Positions 54,437 through 64,000 of a DNA stretch of 64,000 nt are shown here, piece after piece. The stretch covers positions 248,001-312,000 of the forward strand of contig NW_024704759.1 in assembly GCF_018977255.1 (NCBI RefSeq), given 5' to 3'. A program made the translations under genes and the position numbers. Source of the DNA: Callorhinchus milii. Taxonomy: Eukaryota. How positions within the stretch are numbered: position 1 is the stretch's first letter; every line of letters starts with the position of its first letter. The notes beneath the pieces were generated by a model that saw nothing but the letters and a program-made list of their open reading frames with translations, did no database searches and had not been told where the DNA came from.

Positions 54437-54790
54437 ACAACAAAATTACATTTGTATAGTGCCTTTCACATCGGGAGGACGTCCAAGGCACTGGACAGAC
54501 AGAGTTACGGACTCGAACTGGGGGTCGGGGTGGGGGAGGGTGGAGGGCAAGGGGGGAAAGCAGGGAGATCAAAAGCACGGTCGAAGAGGAGGGTCTTGAG
54601 GTGGGTCTTGAAGGAGGCAAGGGAGGGGGCGAGATGGAGTGACTAGGATGGAGTTCCAGAGGGTGGGTGTGGAGTGGCAGAAGGCCCGCCCCGCCATTAG
54701 TGGGAGTCGTGAAACAGGCCGGAGCCCCCTAAGCGGAAGGAGCAAACGGTGGTAGGGGGTTAGGAGGTTGGAGAGGTAGGGGGGTGGAGC
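54437..54790 (-). mobile_element. L2 3' fragment
   Basis: MAGRAFCHSTPTLWNS on the minus strand, with tail. Confidence 0.7.
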
Positions 54791-56029
54791 AAGTGTGGGA
54801 TTGGGATCCCAGAAAGCCTGGGATTGGGATCTGGCCTTGTGAAGAGTTGCAGCCAAAGATTTGCATCCTGGCACAGCCCAATATTGAAACTGTGATTCAC
54901 CATTCTTGTTCCAGCAATTCATAAAGATTGTTCTTTAACATGGGCAATAGGTAGCAGAAGCTATAAAATGCAATTACAATCAGTTAGAAAAAGATTATCA
55001 AACCAGAGAAGAAAGTTTCTCTTTTTAGTGGATTTATAAATTTGCACAAATAAGACAATGAGTTACTCTGTAAAAAGTGAATCAAGGGTCAATGCAGCGT
55101 AACCATCACCTGAGTCCTCCAGCTCCACTGCCCTGAGGGCGCAGCACAGATACGATGGGCTGAGTGGCTTTCTATAGTTCTATAGCTCTGTACCAATTGA
55201 CTTTGAGGACTGCACCCACAGTAAATCCCTTGATGCCCTCCCTAACTTTGATGTTCTCTTACCCACTGCTCTGCCCCCATCACTCGGCCAGCTTGGGCTG
55301 CTGCACATTCCTTGCTCCTCTTAAGTCTCAGTTAATGGCCTTCAGCTATTACACCCCTCACCGTTGGAACTACTTCTGACTTCCCTCTGTCTCACCCCTT
55401 TCTATCTATTTGAAATCCTGCCTAGAAACCCATCTCTTCAGCAGTGCCTACATCCTCCCTTTCCCCTCTCCCCGGCATTCAGATCGTTTGTTGTGAAATG
55501 GTCTGAAACATCCTATATTTGTGCCATATAAATAGAAGTTGTTGAATTGCTCTTAATTGTGGTTTTTAATACAAAAAATATTTGAGCATGTGCAGACTGC
55601 TCCGGGTTTAGAAATACTAGTTTTAATAATAAAATCTCTTCCTGGATAGTTGCATCATCTTTTCTTTTTCTCTCTCTCCCAACCTGCGCCCGAGTGCTTT
55701 CCGGAATTAGATAAGCGGGATGGCTCCCCGCGGGGGGAGGGGGGGAGGGCGAGCGTCCCGTCCCGTCCCAGCAACGTCTCTGGGGTTTGTGTGGGTCAGA
55801 GGTGGGAATTGGTTTGGAGAGTTGAGCACATGCGTCAGACACGGATGACGTGTTTTCCTTTGACTTTGGACTGTTCACAATCTCCAGTCTCAGTACTGTG
55901 TATATATATTAAGTGTTTGTTGATATTTTAATATTTGTTGTGATTTTCCTGTGACCTGAGAGCCGCTCCGCACCTGCGCAGTAGCCCTGACCCCGCGCGG
56001 GGCGGTGAGTGGAGTGTGGAGCTATGGAT

Positions 56030-56105
56030 TGCGCAGGCGCACTGAGGGGCGGGCGGCTCTGCGCAGGCGCACTGCAGGGGGCGGCGGCTGCTCTGCGCAG
56101 GCGCG
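56030..56105 (+). promoter_or_regulatory. POGLUT1 CpG-island promoter/5'UTR with three NRF1-type sites and a GC box
   Basis: TGCGCAGGCGCA at 56030-56041 and 56060-56071, TGCGCAGGCGCG at 56094-56105, GGGCGG between them; directly precedes the ATG at 56106. Confidence 0.7.
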
Positions 56106-59100
56106 ATGCTCGGGGGATGGCGGTTGGCGGCGGCGCTGCTGTTGAGTGCGATCGCGAGCGGCGGATCGGGAACAACAAAAGGTGGGAACCGCACACGGCG
56201 CTCGGCAGCTGCTCGGGGTCCCGCCCTCACAGCTCCCGCTGCAGTAACACCGGGTCCCGGGGCTTCCCCCACCGTCAGCAGACACCCTGCGGGCGGACAG
56301 CGCCCCCTGTGGCTCACACCCTGAATCTGCAGCTCACACAGCGATTTAGTTTGAAATAATATATAATAATAATATACAGCGATCCTGAGCATCAACGGGA
56401 ACACCTGTAACATTAGAGTACACGCCGTGAGCTCTCAGCCCGAGCCGCTGCCCCAGAGCAGCGCTGTCCTTCACATCACACACTGAACTCGGTTCCTGTC
56501 TGCGGGGCCGGGGCTGGAGATCAGAACAGGTCCCGGTGTGTCCCGGTGTGTGTCGGTGTGTGTCGGTGTGTGTCGGGCACCGGTCCTCAGGTTCAGTTGT
56601 GGAGTCCTGTACATCAGTGCCTCGCGAGTGAGAGACTGGGTTTGATTCCCAGTGGGTGAAACGTTGGGCGAGTGTCCTTATTCCACACAGCTCTGTTTAC
56701 TCAGCAGTAAGTAGGAACCCGGTTGTTAGTCGATTGGTTGATCACTTTTCCGGGAGTAATAATTCCTTCGAAATAAATAAAAATAAATTGGTCACTCAAT
56801 CCACAACTGTTTGTGGGACACTGCTGTGCGCAATTGGCTGATGTGTTTCGCCCACAAAATAAAGTCACTTCACTTTACAGTATATTCTGTGAAGCTCTTT
56901 GAGACTCTCGATGATGTGATAAGGCGCAGGGATTACTATTATTATAATCACCTAATAGATGTGGGAGAATTTACGGTGTGTAAAATAGCTGCCACATTTG
57001 CCAACAACAGCAGTCATGACAAAGCTGGACAGTAACTGTGAACTGCATCAAGACATTAGTGTCAGACATTTCTCAGCTGTACGATTGATTTCATTATATA
57101 ATCATCCAAGTTTAGTTCTTAGCTCTCACACAAGTTATCATAGAGTTAGCCACATTGAACCTTGTACAATATGAAGCCTTCACTATATTTTATAAGGCTC
57201 TTACCTGATTATCCACAAATTGCTGCAGATTCATTGAGCATTTCAATGCTGTCTTTCAAAATAAATTATATTGTGGGATATTCCTTCCTCCCCATGCAAA
57301 CTCTTATACTTCATGAAGCAAGACAAACGTACAATCGAGAGATGGAAGTTCTAGTAAATTTAAAGCTGCTTTGAAAAGGGAGACATCTGACTTTAGTAAC
57401 AGAAAAAAACATATTCTCCTCCACAGCAGTACACTGGAGTTCCGCAAAAGGCAGCTGCCACTGCGTTAAACTGCACACTTGTTACAGTGCAATAAATCAC
57501 TGGCCAATCTGTTAGCAAATGAGAGTAGAGTGTAAATGGATTCATTGAGTATTTGGAAATTGAATTCTGGGTTACCTGAAAGTGCACCAAACCTTCTCTT
57601 TCTCTTTAGATGGAAAATGGCAGAAATACAAGGACAAGATCACAGTAGCGCTGGAATTGTATCAACCCTGTTTCCAGCACAACTGCAGCTGTCACCGGCG
57701 GTAAACTGGTTTTATAAGATCATCATGTGTCTGATACAGAAGCACAGCATCAGAGCAGTTAATGCATTGCTTAATTCGCTGATCTATATCAGTGCAACAC
57801 TACAGCAGATAATAATAACATTGTGTTCTGTTTCAAAGTATTGTTCTCTGATCACTGTTACCAGACTGTCATGAGAATAATCTGCCTGTGGCCTCGCATC
57901 ACATTGATGCTTATAATTGTGGGTGGTTGTGTGTAACCACGACAATTTGGGACTTTGACCACGGATTGTCACTATGGAGATGGTAAAGCCAGCTCCGGGT
58001 ATTGGGATAAGTAGCCCTGCTCCCTGGGTTTGACTCACGTCCTTTTGATGTTTTTCTCTTGTTCAGTGTGCTGGACAATGACCTTGCACACTTTAGGCAA
58101 GGAATTTCTCAGGAGATGCTGATGGAGACTGTCAGTCGAGGTGTGGGGACTCACTACCAGATCATAAACAAACAGTTGTATCGTCAAGAGGATTGTATGT
58201 TCCCAGCCAGGTGAGAGGGGCTCGAGCACAGCCCAGCTCATGCTGTCAGTCACTTGGGGCTAATTTGGGACTGACACAAATGCTGAACCTGTAGAAAGTT
58301 GTGTTGGATTTAAATTCCACAGCTCACTGCTCTTGGCTTCTGTAACTCTTACAACCTTTACAGTCTCTGTGCTACTAACTGTCTCTAACATTCCACAAAA
58401 CTACTTATAAACCCATCATATTGGTTTCTTCAAATCTATTCTGTAAATCGCAACAATTCACATTTACACATTGTCTTTTACCTTGGGAGGACATCTCAAA
58501 TCCTTTTACACTGCTGCTTGAGAGCCAGAGTGGGGTGGGGGGGGGGTGGGATGGGGGGTGCATCATCAAATCCACATCTGAAAATTCCCTGGACGTGTTT
58601 ATCAAAATGTGGATGGTTTGAGAATTTGAGTAGAATTTGGATGGAATAGTGTGCAAGAGGCATTTTAATAGGCAGCTATTAAAGGGCATTATGCCATAAT
58701 AGTGTTTTAAGTGCTCAATACACAACCCTGCATGAAGGGCGCTTATATAAATGCAAGTTGTTGTTTAGTCAATTTCCCTTTTAACCAAGGACATGTTGCT
58801 ACACTCCTTTGTATTGTATTCTTGGATTCTTCAGTAGCTTTGGCTGTTGGCTGCTCCAAACGCCTCGTGGTTCCAATTCTGTTCTGCTTTAGATGCAGTG
58901 GAGTCGAGCACTTCATCCTGGACATAATCTCCAAACTTCCTGACATGGAATTTGTGCTGAATGTGAGAGACTACCCTCAGGTCCCAGGGTGGGTGCAGAC
59001 CACCAGACCCGTTTTTTCATTCAGCAAGGTAAGGTCAATGGCACTGAGCGGATTTCAGGCCCACAACCTGTACAAGTGACTGCACTTTCACTGGTGAAAG

Positions 59101-62100
59101 TGATGTTGGTGATTGGTGATATTGGGACAGAGGACGAGTGAGAAGGGGAGGAGTGTCAGTGAGAAGAGGAGGAGTGTCGTGAGAAGGGGAGGAGTGTCAG
59201 TGAGAAGGGGAGGAGTGTCAGTGAGAAGGGGAGGAGTGTCAGTGAGAAGTGGAGGAGTGTCGTGAGAAGGGGAGGAGTGTCAGTGAGAAGAGGAGGAGTG
59301 TCGTGAGAAGGGGAGGAGTGTCAGTGAGAAGGGGAGGAGTGTCAGTGAGAAGAGGAGGAGTGTCGTGAGAAGGGGAGGAGTGTCAGTGAGAAGGGGAAAA
59401 GTGTCAGTGAGAAGTGGAGGAGTGTCGTGAGAAGGGGAGGAGTGTCGGTGAGAAGGGGAGGAGTGTCAGTGAGAAGGGGAGGAGTGTCAGTGAGAAGGGG
59501 AGGAGTGTCGTGAGAAGGGGAGGAGTCTCAGTGAGAAGGGGAGGAGTCTCCGTGAGAAGGGGAGGAGTCTCCGTGAGAAGGGGAGGAGTCTCAGTGAGAA
59601 GGGGAGGAGTCTCAGTGAGAAGGGAGTTGGGAGTGGGATGTCACTCAGTAGCCTTTTCCAATTCCTGAACTGACGTGTGATTTTTGTTGACTATAAACAT
59701 CTGTCTTTGTCACACAGAATGCTGATTACCATGACATCATGTATCCAGCGTGGACATTCTGGGAGGGGGGGCCGGCTGTCTGGCCCATTTACCCCACTGG
59801 CCTCGGGCGCTGGGACCTCATGAGGAAAGAATTACAATTGTGAGTGAAATCATCAGCATTGAATTAACTCTAAAAGCAGCAACAACAACAAAATTACATT
59901 TATAGAGCGCCTTTCACGTCAGGAGGATGTCCCAAAGTGGTGGACAATCAGGTGTCAGGACCTGAGCATGAGGGACGGGTGGGGTAGGGGGAGGGGCAGG
60001 GTAGGGGAGAGGGAAGGCATTGAGGTGGGAGGGAGACCAAAGGCACGATCAAAGAGGAGGGTCTTGAGACCGGCCTTGAAGGAGGCGAGGGAGGAAGTGA
60101 GGCGAAGGAACGGTCGGATGGAGTTCCAGAGTGTGGGGGCAGAGAGGGTGAAAGCCCGGCCACCGATGGTAGGGCGGGTCGGGTGGGAGACATGGAGCAG
60201 AGCGTAGCCCACCGAGCGGAGGGAGCGGGCAGGTTGGTAGGGAGTCAGCAAGTCAGAGAGGTAGGAATGGGTAAGGCCATGGATGGCCTTGGAAGTGAGG
60301 ACGAGGATCTTGAACTCGATCCTCTGGGGGAGTAGGAGGCACTGGAGTTTGGCGAGGGTGGGAGTGATGGGGTCACAGAGCCTGGTGAGTGAGAGTACAC
60401 GAGCTGCAGAGTTTTGGATGATCTGCAGATTGTGAAGGGAAGAGTTGGGAAGGCCGATGAGGAGGGAGTTTCCGTAATCGAGCCTTGATGTGACAAATGC
60501 GTGGGTGAGGGTTTCGGCAGCCTGAGGGGTGAGGCAGTGGCGGAGTCTGGCAATGTTGGAGGTGGTGGTAGGCAGTGCCAGTCATGGGGGAGAAAGGACA
60601 GTTCAGGGTCAAAAAAGACCCCCAGGTTCCTGACTGGCTTAGTGAGGTTGAGTGTGCAGCCATGGAGGCTGATGCGGAGGCGCTGGCGTGAGCCAATCAG
60701 GAGGGCCTCGGTCTTGCTGATGTTGAGTTGGAGAAAGTTGTCCCTCGTCCAGGACTTGATGTCGGACAGGCAGTCGGTCAGGACACCAGCAGTCCTGGAG
60801 TTGAGGGTGGAGGCAGAGAAGTAGAGTTGGGTGTCATCCGCATACATGTGGAAATTTACCCCATGTCTGTGGATGATGTCACCAAGGGGGAGCACGTAGG
60901 ACTTTCCACAGGGACCGAGGATAGAGCCCTGAGGAACACTGCACAAGACGGTGCGGGGGCTGGACGAGAAGCCGTTTGCTGCGACGAAGTGAAGGCGATG
61001 TGAAAGGTAGGACCTGAACCAGTCAAGGACAGAACCTTGAAGGTTGAGGTGGGAGCAGAGGTGGTGGAGAAGGATTGAATGGTCCACGGTGTCAAAGGCG
61101 GTGGAGAGTTCGAGGAGGACGAGGAGGCAGAGGGAGCCCTGGTCACACATGGTCAGGATGTCGTTTGTGACCTTAACCTGAGCAGTTACCGTGCTGTGGG
61201 CAGCACAGAAACCCGATTGGAGGGGTTCACAGAGGGAGTGAGAGGAGAGGAAAGAGCGAAGCTGGGAGGCAACGGCTCTCAAGGACCTTGGATAGGAAGA
61301 TGGGCTGGGAGCTAGATAGCTGTGATGGGTCAAGGGAAGGTTTCTTCAGAGTGGGGGTGATAATGGCTGTTTTGGGGGGGAAGGAACAGTGTCAGATGAC
61401 AGGGAGAGGTGGTTGATGTCGGCGAGTAGTGAGGCAAGGAGGTGGAGCCGGGATTTAAGGAAAGGAGTGGGGATGGGGTCCAGGGAGCAGGTGGTGGGCT
61501 TCATGGAGGATGTGGTGGTGAAGACAGAAGAGGGGTTGACAGGTTCAAAGGTGTGGAAGGAGGTAATTGTCAGAGTGTGGGTTTGTGGTAGGGAGGGGTT
61601 GATAGTTGGGGCGACCGTGGCAAATTAAAAGCAGATCATCAATGACCTCCTAATCTTAGAGTGTGACCTATGAATCCTTTTCTCTTACCCCCACCCTCCC
61701 CAACCGACTGAGTGATTGACAGGATAGATTGTGAAGACTGGCGATGGGGGCAATGTTGAGAAGGCATTTGCTTTCACATGTGCCCCCCTCAACAGCTACT
61801 GAAGCTCTGTCCCGTGCTATATGTGTTTTGCTGTCTGATATATAATATGTACTGTATGTTTGACATGAAAGGCTAACAATAAATGTAATGTGTTGTTGTT
61901 GATCCAGTGCACCTATTGGCACAATGTACATCCCATCTCTGTTTTCTCTCCACTAGATCTGCTGAAAAGTGGCCGTGGGACAAGAAAATTTCCAAAGGGT
62001 TTTTTAGAGGATCGAGGTGAGTGACCAATTTACAGTTAGGAACTGATTATTTTCCTCATCCATGTTTAACAATGCCAACACCCTGCTTGTCAGCCTTTCC

Positions 62101-64000
62101 AATTCTTCCCCCAGTATTGTGCTGAAGTTAGGCCTGGACAACAACTAATGTGGGTCTTGAGAACAGAAACTCTTACCCAGAACCAAGAGTGTGAGTGACT
62201 GAGCGGTCTGTTTAGACACCTGGGAATAAGTTTCCCAGACTCATTCCACATTGATTGTTTATGTTTATCGTTTCACCCACAAAATACAGTCACTACACTT
62301 TACAATGTATCCTGTGAAGTGCTTTGAGACCAGAGACGTGATCAGGCGCAGTATCAATTTTTTTTCATGGATTCATAGAATGTTACGGCACAGAAGGAGG
62401 CCATTCGGCCCATCGAGTCTGTGCGGCTCTTTGACAGAGCGTCACTTTTACGAACCCCAATCACTAGCTTTCTCCCCATAACTCTGCAAACCCGTCTTCC
62501 CCAGATACCTATCCAGTTCTCTCTTAAAAATTTGAAGGTTATTATTATACACATACCACATGACATACACACTACACATGCTCGGCACAGGACACATGAT
62601 CACAGACATGGTCAATACACACAGCAACAGAGATGTAACTTGAGTGACGCTGTGCCGTGTCACATCCACTGCCGCTCCCTCTCGCAAGCCAAATCTGCTT
62701 TCTACTCACACGTCATTTCGGAGGCCAAAAATAACTCCAAAATCCTGTCCTCCCGTCAGCCACCAACTCCTCCATGCACCTCATCAAGCATCCTAACATC
62801 TAATGGCAACTACAAAGAAATCTTGGATTTCTTTATTTCCAAGATAGACAACATTCCCATGGCTGCCTCCTCCTGCCCCGTGTCTCCCCCTCCCCCCACC
62901 CATGTCCCTCTCCATCACCCACTCCTCCTCCCACAGCTCCTATCATGGACCCCAAACTACATTCCTTTGCCCCCATCTTTCCCTCCTCCCTCTCATCCTC
63001 CATCACCCAGATGAAACCCACCACCTGCTGCCTCAACTCCCTCCCCACTCAACTCCCCTTCCTCTCCCCACTGCCTGCAGACACCAAAAATCAGTCCCTC
63101 TCCTCAGGCTCAGTCCCATTCCCACTCAAAACAGCGTTACTCACTTCCTTAAGAAACCTACTCACGATCCCTCCAACTCGCGCACTACCGTCCCATCTCA
63201 AACCTGGCCTTCCTGGCCAAAGCCCTGGAACATGTTGTTGTCAGTCAACTTCGCTCACACCTCGCCCTCCACTCCTGACTCAAGCCCCTCCAGTCCGGTT
63301 TCTGCCCAGCCCACAGCACAGAGATAGCGCTCGTCAAAGTAACAAACAACGTCCTCTCTCTCTGTGACCAGGGCTCCCTCTGCCTCGTCCTCATGCACCT
63401 CTCTGCCCCGTTTGACACAGTCGATCACACCATTCTCCTCCACTGCCTCTCCTCACTCAGCCTCCTTAGTGGGACCGCACTCGCATGGTTCAAGTCCTAC
63501 TTAACTAATCATTAACAATACATCTCGGCAAATGGCTTTCCCTCTCACCTCCCCTGGTCACCTGCGGGGTACCCCAAAGCTCCTTCCTTGGCCCTCTTCT
63601 TTCCTCTTCTATGTGCCCCCTCTTCGCGATGTCATCGCCAGACATGAGGTCAACTTCCACATGTATGCGGATGTCCCTCGTCTCCTCCACTCCACCATCG
63701 GTGACCGTGTCTTCATTCCCGAAACTCTGGAATTCTCTCCCTCCCCACCTTCAAAAAATCCCACTTGAAGGCTTCCTTTTTGATTGTGCTTACTGTCACC
63801 TCACCCTCCCCCGGCTCGTTGTCAGACTCCGTCACTCTTGGACCCTACCCCACATGAAGGCACTGTATAATGCAAGTTGTTGTTGTGCTATTCTGTGTTG
63901 TGCTGTGTCGTACTCACTGATTGACTGTTGGTGACTGTGTGTTTGATGCAGGACAAGCTCAGAGCGAGACCCACTGGTGTTGCTGTCCCACGCAGAGCCT
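56106..64000 (+). CDS. POGLUT1: Protein O-glucosyltransferase 1 (Rumi), exons 1-7, truncated by the window end
   Basis: Exons 56106-56181 (signal peptide), 57610-57700, 58067-58210, 58893-59028, 59718-59839, 61957-62016, 63952->64000. Motifs NCSCH, GTHYQII...[72 protein letters not shown]. Confidence 0.95.
56600..56948 (+). mobile_element. DeuSINE-like SINE, long variant with internal CAGCAGTAAGTAGGAACC segment
   Basis: Degenerate tRNA head, internal segment shared with 16860-17075, 33480-33650 and 42360-42630, Deu core and ATT tail. Confidence 0.7.
59138..59622. repeat. 20-21-bp purine-rich minisatellite GTGAGAAGGGGAGGAGTGTCA in POGLUT1 intron 4
   Basis: Read directly. Confidence 0.95.
59878..61612 (-). 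mobile_element. L2 LINE, 5'-truncated, RT-encoding, in a POGLUT1 intron
   Basis: ORF 60245-61333 contains [27 protein letters not shown] and YADDTQLY; 3' tail (TTG)n at ~59880. Confidence 0.9.
62670..63885 (+). mobile_element. Degenerate L2 LINE with internal deletion
   Basis: MKPTTC, QSGF and HMYAD motifs; L2 tail. Confidence 0.75.

Noticed and set aside
52519-56106. Apparent head-to-head TIMMDC1/POGLUT1 pair with a bidirectional NRF1 promoter
   Set aside because: The TIMMDC1 3' exons lie between the two genes on the plus strand, so the divergent layout is a product of the inversion.

Overview
Vertebrate genomic DNA, most likely a cartilaginous fish (inferred from the DeuSINE-type tRNA SINEs, young L2/CR1 LINEs and a shark-type ~59-bp satellite). 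It holds six spliced protein-coding genes that I reconstructed exon by exon from GT-AG sites and frame: RAD21L (-, 13 coding exons, 579 aa), a C20orf202-like gene (-), TMEM74B (+), PSMF1/PI31 (-, 271 aa), TIMMDC1 and the first 7 exons of POGLUT1 (+). The most striking feature is TIMMDC1, which is split across both strands. Coding exons 1-5 and the first 60 nt of exon 6 lie on the minus strand (52519->48478); the last 51 nt of exon 6 and exon 7 lie on the plus strand (53531-54054). Reverse-complementing 48478-53530 restores a seamless 295-aa gene, so this is a base-exact 5-kb inversion. A misassembly is the most likely cause, because one end is a 25-N gap. Almost every gene also carries its own G/C-skewed minisatellite at or near its 5' end, including a 4.6-kb GC-box array abutting the PSMF1 ATG. 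Nearly all long ORFs in the supplied track are repeat artefacts. I found no convincing novel biological system. Comparisons with human genes are from memory, not from a search.
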